Part shown: positions 20,543 through 28,828 of the stretch, in pieces
How positions within the stretch are numbered: position 1 is the first letter of the stretch
How the letters are laid out: each line of letters opens with the position of its first letter
Assembly: GCA_002840435.1 (NCBI GenBank)
Contig: PHAT01000010.1
Span: 26,393 to 90,392 of the forward strand
Reading direction: 5' to 3'
DNA: 64,000 bases
Source: Deltaproteobacteria bacterium HGW-Deltaproteobacteria-6
GTDB lineage: Bacteria; Desulfobacterota; Syntrophia; Syntrophales; Smithellaceae
Program-made: the position numbers and the translations under genes
Notes under the pieces: model-generated
What the model was told of the DNA's origin: nothing
The model's database searches: none
What the model saw: only the letters and a program-made list of their open reading frames with translations

Positions 20543-20842
20543 AGTTCACCTTAAATTCCCGAAGTGAAGCGCATAACCTAAAGGTCACAAGCGGAAATTT
20601 TAGGTGAACTTATCCCGCGCAACGAAGTGAAGCGGGGTTAATGACACCTTAAATTCCCGAAGCGAAGCACACTGAAATTTGCAAGTCGAATACAATGCCA
20701 CCATGAACCGAGCCGCTTGCGGGGAGGTGAGAGGGGCAAATCAGAATAATAACCTTCTCTAAGTATCGAAGCGGTTTGTCTGCTTGCAGACAAATGCTTC
20801 AATCACCCCCGAGCGAAGCGGGCGGGGTTAACGACACCTTCA
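20543..20842. repeat. non-coding repeat cluster of short direct and inverted repeats built around CGAAG(T/C)GAAGC
   Basis: CACCTTAAATTCCCGAAG(T/C)GAAGC occurs at 20547 and 20645. GAAGCGGGGTTAA(T/C)GACACCTT occurs at about 20627 and 20817. An imperfect 18-nt inverted repeat lies at 20543-20560 and 20593-20611. A perfect hairpin tttgtctgc-tt-gcagacaaa lies at about 20773-20792. Confidence 0.5.
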
Positions 20843-21250
20843 CTATTCCTCGACTACAACTTTACCGCGCAATTCTTTTTTCTGGGCTTGCTGATGTTTG
20901 GCCGTAAGTATCTTTTCTTTTGCCCGTTTGCTTCGTTTTCTCTTCTGGCGGCGCAATTTTTCAATTTTATCCTGTTCCTGAGCGATAAATCCCTTTTGCT
21001 GCAATTCAATTTTGTCCAGTAATAGACGACGCGCCAGATGGCGGTTCAGTGATTGTGATCTTTCCCGCTGGCATTTGACGGCAAGGCCTGTCGGGATATG
21101 GAGAAGATGAACACAAGAAGATGTCTTATTGACTTTTTGTCCACCGGGGCCGGAAGAACGGACGAAGGATTCCTCAAAATCGTTTTCTGAAACGCCGAGT
21201 TCCTGCATTCTGGCAGCAAGTGCTTTTTCTTTATCTGAAGATACCGGCAT
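20843..21250 (-). CDS. ArfB-like peptidyl-tRNA hydrolase (class I release-factor GGQ domain protein)
   Basis: The 135-aa product has the motif SGPGGQKVNKTSS and a strongly basic C-terminal tail (RRQKRKRSKRAKEK...), matching the ArfB/YaeJ architecture. Confidence 0.75.
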   Translation of the reverse strand: MPVSSDKEKALAARMQELGVSENDFEESFVRSSGPGGQKVNKTSSCVHLLHIPTGLAVKCQRERSQSLNRHLARRLLLDKIELQQKGFIAQEQDKIEKLRRQKRKRSKRAKEKILTAKHQQAQKKELRGKVVVEE

Positions 21251-21265
21251 GGTCGATCCTCAAAA

Positions 21266-21697
21266 TCAAGGGATCGAATAAATCTCGTCGCCTATCAGAT
21301 TTATCCAGTTTTCTGTAAGAATTTCTCTGGCTTCTTCCAGTTTATCGACGCCGATAATGACGATGGTTTCCTTGCCGATACGGTTAATGGTGGTATAAAG
21401 GTAAAGGATATTAATATCCGCTTTAGCCAGCGGTTTCAGGATAGCGTTGATCCGGCCTGCATGGAGGGGAACTTCGGCCGCCAGTACGGGTGTTACTTCA
21501 ATGTTAAAATTGAAACTGCTTAAAAGCGCTGCGGCGCGGTCGGGATCATTTACGACGAGGCGGACGCGGCTGTCATGTTCGATACTGGCGGCGGATACGG
21601 CGATGGTGCCGATATCTTCCGTATCCAGAATATGGGTGAGTTTGGCGAAAGATCCGGGAATGTTGCCTAATAAGACAGATATTTGTTTGACAGCCAT
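21266..21697 (-). CDS. ACT-domain (amino-acid-binding) regulatory protein
   Basis: The 143-aa product shows two ACT-like beta-alpha-beta-beta-alpha-beta repeats. It is the last gene of the oxidoreductase operon. Confidence 0.65.
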   Translation of the reverse strand: MAVKQISVLLGNIPGSFAKLTHILDTEDIGTIAVSAASIEHDSRVRLVVNDPDRAAALLSSFNFNIEVTPVLAAEVPLHAGRINAILKPLAKADINILYLYTTINRIGKETIVIIGVDKLEEAREILTENWINLIGDEIYSIP

Positions 21698-21706
21698 AAA
21701 GTATCC

Positions 21707-22246
21707 TTAATCTTTAACGTAATCGAATCCGGCGGCAAAGGCTTTGCGGTTTACTTCCGCAAGGGCTTTCTTTCTGCTGCCCATAATTGTTTCCAGACTT
21801 TTAAGATAAATTTCAGAAGAAACGACACCTGATTTTTTAATGAAGGCGCCCATCATGATGATGTTGGCCACGCGGCTGTTGCCGAGTTCCTGAGCCATGT
21901 CGGCGCAAGGGACACAGATGGTTTTGACATCCTGGCGGTTGGGACGCGCGTCAATGATGGATGAATTAATAAAAATACTCCCGCCGGCACTTACTTTATT
22001 CTGAAATGTAAACAGGGAAGGTGAGTTCATCACAATCAGATAATCCGGTTCCGAAGCAACAGGTGACGCAATCTCCTCGTCGCCTACCGCTACGGTGCAG
22101 TTGGCCGTGCCGCCTCTCATTTCCGCGCCATAGGCGGGAAGATACGTGACGTGATAGCCTTTGTTCATTGCGCTGTTGGCCAGACTGATGCCCATCATTA
22201 AAACGCCCTGGCCGCCGAACCCGGAAAAAATGGTTTTCACGATCAT
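21707..22246 (-). CDS. 2-oxoacid:ferredoxin oxidoreductase, gamma subunit
   Basis: The translation MIVKTIFSGFGGQGVLMMG...AYGAEMRGGTANC matches the conserved POR/KOR/VOR gamma-subunit pattern. Confidence 0.85.
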   Translation of the reverse strand: MIVKTIFSGFGGQGVLMMGISLANSAMNKGYHVTYLPAYGAEMRGGTANCTVAVGDEEIASPVASEPDYLIVMNSPSLFTFQNKVSAGGSIFINSSIIDARPNRQDVKTICVPCADMAQELGNSRVANIIMMGAFIKKSGVVSSEIYLKSLETIMGSRKKALAEVNRKAFAAGFDYVKD

Positions 22247-23016
22247 GACGCTGCCTCCGCGTCTTTCTTTGTTTCGGCGATGGTGTCTTTAAATACACCG
22301 GGGGGAAATTCTTTGCTCAGAACATCATCAATCCATTTACAGGAATCAATTGATGACATTTTCCAGTTGGTCGGACATAAAGACAAAATTTCCACCATTG
22401 AAAATCCAAGACCGTCGATCTGGCACTGAAATGCTTTTTTGATGGCTTTTTTTGTTTTGTTAACGCCGGCCGGAGAACTAACCGAACATCTCTCAATATA
22501 GGTTGATCCTCCCAGCTGTGAAAAGATCTCACTGACTTTGACAGGATGACCGTCCAATTCTTTTTTACGGCCGGTCGGGCTGGTCGTTGTTTTTTGAGTG
22601 AGCAACGTGGTCGGGGCCATCTGCCCGCCAGTCATGCCGTACACAGCATTGTTGATAAAAATGACGGTAATATTTTCGCCGCGATTGGCGGCGTGAAAGC
22701 TCTCCGCAATTCCGATGGCGGCAAGGTCTCCGTCGCCCTGATAAGAAAAAACGACGCGATCGGGGAGTGAACGCTTGATGGCTGAGGCCATGGCCGGGCC
22801 GCGTCCATGGGGCGCTTCGATCATATCTACGTCAAAGTAGTTGTAAGCCAGAACGGCGCATCCCGCGGGAGGAACGCCGATGGTAATGCCTCTTATGCCC
22901 ATCTCATCAATTACTTCGGCAACCAACCGATGGACAATACTGTGACCGCAACCGGGGCAATAGTGGTAAATAGCTTCTTTTAAGCTTTTGGGGTGTTGAA
23001 AAACTATCTTTGCCAT
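22243..23016 (-). CDS. 2-oxoacid:ferredoxin oxidoreductase, beta (TPP-binding) subunit
   Basis: It has the motifs HYCPGCGH, GDGDLAAIG (TPP binding) and NNAVYGMTGGQ. The start was placed at ATG 23016 (MAKIVFQHP), because the longer ORF would overlap the alpha subunit. Confidence 0.9.
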   Translation of the reverse strand: MAKIVFQHPKSLKEAIYHYCPGCGHSIVHRLVAEVIDEMGIRGITIGVPPAGCAVLAYNYFDVDMIEAPHGRGPAMASAIKRSLPDRVVFSYQGDGDLAAIGIAESFHAANRGENITVIFINNAVYGMTGGQMAPTTLLTQKTTTSPTGRKKELDGHPVKVSEIFSQLGGSTYIERCSVSSPAGVNKTKKAIKKAFQCQIDGLGFSMVEILSLCPTNWKMSSIDSCKWIDDVLSKEFPPGVFKDTIAETKKDAEAAS

Positions 23017-23050
23017 ATATTTGTGATCCTTAAGCGTGATCAATAGTCTA

Positions 23051-24109
23051 TTAATCTTTTTTGTCGTAAATTTTGGCGACGACATTGGCCAGTTCCGCGG
23101 GCGTCGGCACAGCGCCGCCCGGTCGTCCATGAAAATCAATGTTGGCATAACCCTGCAAAGCCAGACGAACATCTTCCAACATCTGGCCGGTGCTCATTTC
23201 AAAAACGAGATAATTTTTAATTTTTGACGACAGGGTTCGTAATTTCAATTCCGGGAAGGGCCAGAGGGTGATCGGACGAAACAGGCCGACTTTCATGCCG
23301 TGTTCGCGTAATCTTTTAATGGCGCCCTTGGCAATACGGGCGGCTGTGCCATAAGCCACGATGACCAGTTCCGCATCGTCTACTCTATGTTCTTCAAAGA
23401 GGGGCTCATTTTTAGTAATTACTTCATATTTACGAGCCAGTTTCCAATTGTGTTCTTCACTGTCAATTGCATCAAGGAGAAGGCCCCGGATGAATTTGCT
23501 CTTACCTGTTCCCGCACCGCGCAGCATGAACTTTTCAGGGTATTGACGGGGCTTGGGTTTCTTGAAAATAACAGGTTCCATCATTTGTCCCATCATGCCG
23601 TCCGCCAGGATCATCACGGGTGTGCGATACTTATCGGCCAGATCAAAAGCATCCATGGTTAAATCCGCCAGTTCCTGGCAGGTTGCCGGAGCAATCACGA
23701 TGGTGCGGTAGTCGCCGTGGCCTCCGCCGCGGGTGGCCTGAAAATAATCACCCTGTGAAGGGCGGATATTGCCTAATCCCGGGCCGCCGCGCATGATATT
23801 GACGATGATCCCGGGAAGTTCACAGGCGGCCATGGAAGAAATGCCTTCCTGTTTTAATGAAATGCCGGGGCTGGAGGAGGATGTCATGACTCTTGCACCG
23901 GTTGCGGCGGCCCCGGCGATCATATTGATGGCGGCGACTTCGCTTTCCGATTGGATAAACACGCCCCCCTCGGCATTCCTCATATGTTCAGCCATATACT
24001 CGGTGATTTCGTTTTGCGGGGTAATGGGGTAACCGGCATAAAAACGGCAGCCCGCGCGAATTGCAGCTTCAGCGATAACATTGTTTCCTGACATTAATAC
24101 TTTATTCAC
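23051..24109 (-). CDS. 2-oxoacid:ferredoxin oxidoreductase, alpha subunit
   Basis: The N-terminus GNNVIAEAAIRAGCRFYAGYPITPQNEI is typical of KorA/VorB/PorA. The GTG at 24109 lies 6 nt after GAGG; an alternative ATG is at 24094. Confidence 0.9.
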   Translation of the reverse strand: MNKVLMSGNNVIAEAAIRAGCRFYAGYPITPQNEITEYMAEHMRNAEGGVFIQSESEVAAINMIAGAAATGARVMTSSSSPGISLKQEGISSMAACELPGIIVNIMRGGPGLGNIRPSQGDYFQATRGGGHGDYRTIVIAPATCQELADLTMDAFDLADKYRTPVMILADGMMGQMMEPVIFKKPKPRQYPEKFMLRGAGTGKSKFIRGLLLDAIDSEEHNWKLARKYEVITKNEPLFEEHRVDDAELVIVAYGTAARIAKGAIKRLREHGMKVGLFRPITLWPFPELKLRTLSSKIKNYLVFEMSTGQMLEDVRLALQGYANIDFHGRPGGAVPTPAELANVVAKIYDKKD

Positions 24110-24347
24110 GGTAAACCTCAATTGCCACATCCGGACACATTGTGGCGCAAATCGCGCAGCCGTTGCATTCCTTTTCTTCATTGGCGCATACAGGATGATA
24201 TCCTTGAGCGTTATACTCATTGGATGCCATTATGTGGCCTTTCGGACAAAAATGAATGCAGAGGTGACACTCCTTGCAAAGTTCCTTCTTTATCTTGATA
24301 TATCCTTTCAAAGCATGTCCCCAAATCAGTTTTTGCCTGTGATTCAA
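24102..24347 (-). CDS. 2-oxoacid:ferredoxin oxidoreductase, delta subunit (2x[4Fe-4S] ferredoxin-like)
   Basis: The 81-aa product has two Cys clusters (CKECHLCIHFCP and CNGCAICATMCP). It is the first gene of the delta-alpha-beta-gamma set. Confidence 0.85.
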   Translation of the reverse strand: MNHRQKLIWGHALKGYIKIKKELCKECHLCIHFCPKGHIMASNEYNAQGYHPVCANEEKECNGCAICATMCPDVAIEVYRE

Positions 24348-24434
24348 TCACGTTCGGCGGAAGCTATCTTGCTCAGAATGTTCAGAATGTCAAGTATTTT
24401 TAGATTAACATTCATGTCACTAATATAAAGATCG

Positions 24435-24935
24435 TCAAATCTTACCGATTTGAAAACCTTCCAGCTTAATGGCCACGGAGCGCTGCATCAGATCGATGGA
24501 AATAACGAAGAGTTCCTTTTCCGGATCGCTTTTAATGACCGTGCCCTCAATGCCGGCAAAGGGTCCATCCATAATCCGCGCCGGTTCGCCCAATTTAGGA
24601 TACTGGATGGCGAACATTTCCACTTTTTTATCCACGATGCGTTGGAGAGCGATAATTTTTTCTTCCGGTATCGGCAGAGGTTCCGCATTTTCCTTTTTTC
24701 CCAGAATTCGAACAACACCGGTTGTTTTCAGGATGACCAGTTTGGTTTCGTTATCCAAAGAGGCTTCAACAAACAGATAGCCGGGGAAGAGCGGCACACT
24801 AATCTTCTTTTTTCGGTCTTTTCGCTTGCTCCATACTTCCATCTCCGGTAAAAACGTTGTCAGATTTTTTTGGGAGAGTCCGGTGAGGGCTTTATATTCG
24901 TGACGGCTTTTAGTGGAAATTGCATACCATGGCAT
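24435..24935 (-). CDS. NusG-family paralog (RfaH/UpxY-like specialised antiterminator)
   Basis: It has an NGN domain (WYAISTKSRHEYKA...PLFPGYLFVEA) and a KOW motif (GEPARIMDGPFAGIEGTV). The start was placed at ATG 24935 (MPWYAI..); the 68-codon upstream extension was rejected. It is not in a secE-nusG-rplK context. Confidence 0.8.
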   Translation of the reverse strand: MPWYAISTKSRHEYKALTGLSQKNLTTFLPEMEVWSKRKDRKKKISVPLFPGYLFVEASLDNETKLVILKTTGVVRILGKKENAEPLPIPEEKIIALQRIVDKKVEMFAIQYPKLGEPARIMDGPFAGIEGTVIKSDPEKELFVISIDLMQRSVAIKLEGFQIGKI

Positions 24936-25027
24936 GGCCAAGCACCAACCTTTAATATGTTGAGAATCCGTTTCGTAAAGTTTGAGGACATTTACAATAG
25001 CTATTAAGTTTTTGCAATGGAGAAAAA

Positions 25028-26647
25028 ATGCGAGTAATCCGTCTGAATGGTTTGCAACTGAATTTAGATGATACCGGGGAATGCCTCGCCCGAAAAGCAG
25101 CTGACGCGTTGGGCATTCAGACGGCCGATATTGCTTCATTGACAGTGATCAAAAAAGCGCTGGATGCCAGGCGCAACAAGCCTCCGCATTTTGTTTACGC
25201 CGTTAAAATCAGTTTGGCTGACACGGTGATTCTGCGGGAAAAGATGCCGGACGGAATACAGATCCAGCCTTTTAATGATGAACCGGACCTTGAGACGCCC
25301 TTGGCCGGTCCACCACGCAGATTGTCAGGGAGACTTCCCGTTGTGGTCATCGGGAGCGGCCCCGCCGGTCTTTTTGCTGCCTACACGCTTGCCGTAAGCG
25401 GACTATCCGTTCTGCTTCTGGAGAGGGGGCGGCCTGTTGAAAAACGCGTAGCGGATGTGCGGGCATTCTGGAAAGAAGGTGTGCTTGATCCGCAAAGCAA
25501 CGTTCTTTTCGGTGAAGGAGGCGCCGGGACTTTTTCCGACGGAAAACTAACCAGCCGGACGAAGAATCCTTATGCGGGCTGGGTGAAGAAAGTACTGGTG
25601 GAAATGGGCTCGCCCGAAGCCATTCTGACGGACGCCAAGGCGCATATCGGAACGGATAAACTCCGTGAAGTCATCATTCACTTGAGAAATAAGTTAAGAG
25701 AACTGGGTTGTGTCGTTCAATTTGAAGCCCTGGTCACCGACATCATAATCCGGCATAACGAAATCGCGGCAATTATTGTCAACGGCCGGCAGGAAATAAA
25801 AACGGATAAAGCGATTCTGGCGATCGGCCAGAGCGCCGATGACACCTACCGGATGCTGCATGAACGCGGCGTAAAAATGGAGGCCAAACCGTTTGCGATG
25901 GGGTTGCGCGTCGAACATCCGCAGAGCCTGATTAATTCCATGCAATACGGCCGGTGGTCGAAGCATCCTCATTTGCCGCCGGCGGAATATTTTGTCACCG
26001 CCGCCATCAGTAAATTGAATCGCTCCGTTTATACATTTTGCATGTGCCCGGGAGGGCAGGTGATTGGCTGCAGCGCGTTTCCAGGATTTATTATTACCAA
26101 CGGCATGAGCAACAGCGAGCGCAACGGAGAATTTGCCAACAGCGCCGTCGTTGCCAATGTCCGTGTTGAAGACTTTGCTTTGGAGAACGAGCCTTTGAGC
26201 GGTCTGGCCTTTCGCAGCTTGTGGGAGAGCAGGGCTTTTGAGGCAGGCGGTGGCAACTATTGCGCTCCCGCTCAGCAGCTTTCCGAGTTTGTCGAAAATA
26301 AATCATCCGGGGTTGTCGGCCGGACCAGTTTTTTGCCCGGCGTCAAGGCCGCAAAACTTGCTGACGTGCTGCCGGAATTTGTTGCCGATGCTTTGCGGGT
26401 TGGGATAAAACAGTTCGATAAGAAAATGCCCGGTTTTATTTCGCCTGATGCTCATTTAATCGGTGTGGAGACCAGAACGTCGTCGCCTTTGCGGATTTGC
26501 CGCGAATCCGATTCTCAGAGCCTGAATGTCCGGGGACTATACCCCTGCGGGGAAGGTGCCGGTTACGCCGGAGGAATTATCAGTTCGGCGCTGGATGGTG
26601 TTAAGGCTGCAAAGAACGTGATGGCATCAATACGCGGCTGTCCATGA
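25028..26647 (+). CDS. FAD-dependent oxidoreductase (COG2509-like uncharacterised dehydrogenase)
   Basis: It has an N-terminal small domain (MRVIRLNGLQLNLDD...KALDARRNKPPHFVY), the dinucleotide motif VVVIGSGPAGLFAA, and a C-terminal GEGAGYAGGI. Confidence 0.75.
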   Translation: MRVIRLNGLQLNLDDTGECLARKAADALGIQTADIASLTVIKKALDARRNKPPHFVYAVKISLADTVILREKMPDGIQIQPFNDEPDLETPLAGPPRRLSGRLPVVVIGSGPAGLFAAYTLAVSGLSVLLLERGRPVEKRVADVRAFWKEGVLDPQSNVLFGEGGAGTFSDGKLTSRTKNPYAGWVKKVLVEMGSPEAILTDAKAHIGTDKLREVIIHLRNKLRELGCVVQFEALVTDIIIRHNEIAAIIVNGRQEIKTDKAILAIGQSADDTYRMLHERGVKMEAKPFAMGLRVEHPQSLINSMQYGRWSKHPHLPPAEYFVTAAISKLNRSVYTFCMCPGGQVIGCSAFPGFIITNGMSNSERNGEFANSAVVANVRVEDFALENEPLSGLAFRSLWESRAFEAGGGNYCAPAQQLSEFVENKSSGVVGRTSFLPGVKAAKLADVLPEFVADALRVGIKQFDKKMPGFISPDAHLIGVETRTSSPLRICRESDSQSLNVRGLYPCGEGAGYAGGIISSALDGVKAAKNVMASIRGCP

Positions 26648-27710
26648 TTACATCCGCGCCTTTTCTTGCAACGCGTTTCACGGATAATAATTTTGCTTCT
26701 TTAAGATCGCGTATGTTGAGATCGCCTATTGCTTCTATGCCTTTGCCGATGATTTTCGGAGCAATGATCGTGACCAGGCGATTAACCAGATTGTCTTGAA
26801 GGGCAGTTGTAATGATTTGCGCGCCGCCTTCGATCAAGACGGAAGAGATATTTCTGGCGGCAAGAATCTTCAAGAGTTTTTTCAGATGGATACGATTATT
26901 GTCATCAGAATCAACTGTGACCAATTCCGCGCCTGCCGCCGTCAGCTTCTGGAAATATGGATCGGAAGCAGTCTTCGTCGTGACGATCAGAGTCGGTGTC
27001 CGGGAAAGATCTTGCATGATGTTGCTTGAGGTGGTGATGGTCAAACCGGAATCCACGACAACTCTCAGCGGATTGCGACCGTGAACTCTCCTGACCGTCA
27101 GCGTCGGGTTATCTTTCAGAACGGTTCCGATTCCGACCAGTATCGCGTCATGTTGAGCCCGCAGTTGATGAGCAAATTTCAGGGATGCGGGAGAACTGAT
27201 CCATTGCGATTGTCCGGTTGCCGTGGCGATGCGCCCATCCAGCGTTTGTGCGTATTTGACGGTCACAAAAGGCATTCCGGTCTCCATATAATGAAAGAAG
27301 ACTTCATTAAGATTGCGGCATTCATCTTCCATTACACCGGTTGCAATTTCAATTCCTGCGCGTTTCAGGCGGTTCACGCCCTGACAGGAGACCAGCGGGT
27401 TGGAATCAGTCGTGCCGATTACAACCCGCGCGATTTTATGCCGGATAATGAGATCCGTACAAGGGGGTGTTTTGCCATGGTGGCAGCAGGGTTCCAGCGT
27501 CACATAGAGCGTGGAACCGGCGACATCTTCCGTTGCGCTTTGAATCGCATTGACTTCCGCGTGATTCTGACCGCAGCATTGATGATACCCCTGGCCGACG
27601 ATTCGTTCATTCTTGACCAGAACGGCGCCGACCATCGGATTGGGGCTGGCGTAGCCACTGCCCTTGGCGGCCAGTTTTATGGCCAGTTTCATATAGTGTT
27701 CATCATCCAT
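26601..27710 (-). CDS. ribD: bifunctional riboflavin biosynthesis deaminase/reductase
   Basis: It has the CMP/dCMP deaminase zinc motif (HAEVNAI...TLEPCCHHGKTPPC) followed by a RibD C-terminal reductase domain (YAQTLDGRIA). Confidence 0.95.
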   Translation of the reverse strand: MDDEHYMKLAIKLAAKGSGYASPNPMVGAVLVKNERIVGQGYHQCCGQNHAEVNAIQSATEDVAGSTLYVTLEPCCHHGKTPPCTDLIIRHKIARVVIGTTDSNPLVSCQGVNRLKRAGIEIATGVMEDECRNLNEVFFHYMETGMPFVTVKYAQTLDGRIATATGQSQWISSPASLKFAHQLRAQHDAILVGIGTVLKDNPTLTVRRVHGRNPLRVVVDSGLTITTSSNIMQDLSRTPTLIVTTKTASDPYFQKLTAAGAELVTVDSDDNNRIHLKKLLKILAARNISSVLIEGGAQIITTALQDNLVNRLVTIIAPKIIGKGIEAIGDLNIRDLKEAKLLSVKRVARKGADVIMDSRVLMPSRSLQP

Positions 27711-27858
27711 GGTGATTTTATTACCTCATTGACCAAACCAATGCAAAGAAATTTATTGTTGATGCCCTTACTGTTATGTTAAGACGTCACTAAAGTACCG
27801 GCGCCGCGAATTTCGCAAGAAATGATCATTTTTGGTGATTAGAATCACAATATTGCTA

Positions 27859-27886
27859 TTGACTTCTGCCGAAAAAAAAATATGAT
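27859..27886 (+). promoter_or_regulatory. sigma70-type promoter candidate for the riboswitch-pilD transcript
   Basis: It has TTGACT (27859-27864), a 16-nt spacer, and TATGAT (27881-27886), immediately 5' of the GEMM-I-like element. Confidence 0.45.
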
Positions 27887-27892
27887 GTGCAT

Positions 27893-27990
27893 CCAAGCTG
27901 AAAAGGGCAAACCATCTGAAAAGGCGGGACGCAAAGTTACTGGCCTAAGTCTTTGAAAGGATAAGGCGGCAGGGCTGCGGGGCTGTTCGA
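27893..27990 (+). promoter_or_regulatory. c-di-GMP-I (GEMM-I) riboswitch aptamer candidate
   Basis: The sequence AAAAGGGCAAACCATCTGAAAAGGCGGGACGCAAAGTTACTGGCCTAAGTCTTTGAAAGGATAAGGCGGCAGGGCTGCGGGGCTG matches the Vc2-type core blocks in order. These are GGGCAAACC, a GAAA-capped hairpin, GGGACGCAAAG, a CCUAAG/UAAGG tetraloop-receptor-like helix, and GCGGGG. It lies about 67 nt upstream of the pilD ATG. Confidence 0.8.
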
Positions 27991-28057
27991 AAAAAGTCCG
28001 GTATTCCTGAACAAATCACATTGATATAAAGAAATTACAATTAAAAAAAGGTTTGCC

Positions 28058-28828
28058 ATGGTTTTGTTTCTTTATTGTCTTATCTTCATTTTCGGCGCCG
28101 TCATCGGCAGTTTCCTCAATGTCTGCATCTTTCGCATACCGGCTGAGGAATCCATTGTCAGACCTCTTTCCCGGTGCCCCGCCTGTCACCACCCGATTCG
28201 CTTTTATGACAATATCCCGATCATCAGTTTTATCCTTCTCCGCGCCAGATGCCGGGACTGCGGTGAAAAGATTTCATGGCGCTACCCGATGGTGGAGTTG
28301 ATTACCGGCCTTCTGGCCTTGTTGCTGTTCATGAAATACGGCCTCACGCTCATTTTCCTCGTTTACTTTATTTTTACCGCAGTTTTGATTATCATCAGCT
28401 TCATCGATCTGGATCATCAGATTATTCCTGATATCTTATCCTTACCCGGCATCCCCGTCTTTTTCATTTTAGCTGTGTTTGTTGTGAAAGTGCCCTGGAT
28501 GGAGGCGGCAATCGGTCTGCTAGTCGGCGGTGGTGTCCTTTTTACCATTGCCTTTGTTTATGAGTTGATAACCAAGCGCGAAGGAATGGGCGGCGGTGAC
28601 ATTAAATTGCTGGGCATGATTGGCGGATTTTTAGGATGGAAATCGTTGATTTTCATTTTGCTGGTCAGTTCTCTGCTGGGAGCAGTGGTAGGCATTGCCG
28701 TTATGGTGATAAAAAAACAGGATATGAAATATGCTGTTCCCTTCGGGCCGTTTTTGTCGGCGGCGGCAGTCGCCTATCTGTTTTTTGGCGATGTTTTTAT
28801 GAGATTCCTCTTGTGGCCGCAATATTAA
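28058..28828 (+). CDS. pilD: prepilin peptidase / N-methyltransferase (A24 family)
   Basis: The N-terminal CPACHH...CRDCGEKI zinc motif is present, along with the two catalytic Asp contexts (FIDLDHQIIPD and GGGDIKLLG) and about 8 TM helices. Confidence 0.9.
   Translation: MVLFLYCLIFIFGAVIGSFLNVCIFRIPAEESIVRPLSRCPACHHPIRFYDNIPIISFILLRARCRDCGEKISWRYPMVELITGLLALLLFMKYGLTLIFLVYFIFTAVLIIISFIDLDHQIIPDILSLPGIPVFFILAVFVVKVPWMEAAIGLLVGGGVLFTIAFVYELITKREGMGGGDIKLLGMIGGFLGWKSLIFILLVSSLLGAVVGIAVMVIKKQDMKYAVPFGPFLSAAAVAYLFFGDVFMRFLLWPQY

Noticed and set aside
20543-20842. CRISPR array, suggested by the recurring ~24-nt units.
   Set aside because: Only two copies of each unit are present, their spacing is irregular, the units overlap and interlock, and no cas genes are nearby.
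22243-23172. Long N-terminal extensions in the ORF track for korB-like (to 23172), korA-like (to 24220), NusG-like (to 25139), gmd (to 17979), pilW-like (from 29906), pilX-like (from 30660) and the SPOR protein (from 36349).
   Set aside because: The extensions overlap the upstream gene or a divergent gene and lack homology-like sequence. Internal starts with RBSs and conserved N-termini fit better.
27711-27860. Possible FMN (RFN) riboswitch upstream of ribD on the minus strand. The segment GCGAAATTCGCGGCGCCGGTA superficially resembles the GTGAAATTCCCGACCGGCGGTA core.
   Set aside because: The other conserved RFN blocks are absent: the 5' GGGCAGG, the AGCCCG and GGATTCAGT stems, and CCGACAGT..AAGTCTGGATGGGAGA. 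The region is also too short and too AT-rich. The matching piece is better explained as a small gcgaa-a-ttcgc hairpin or promoter region.
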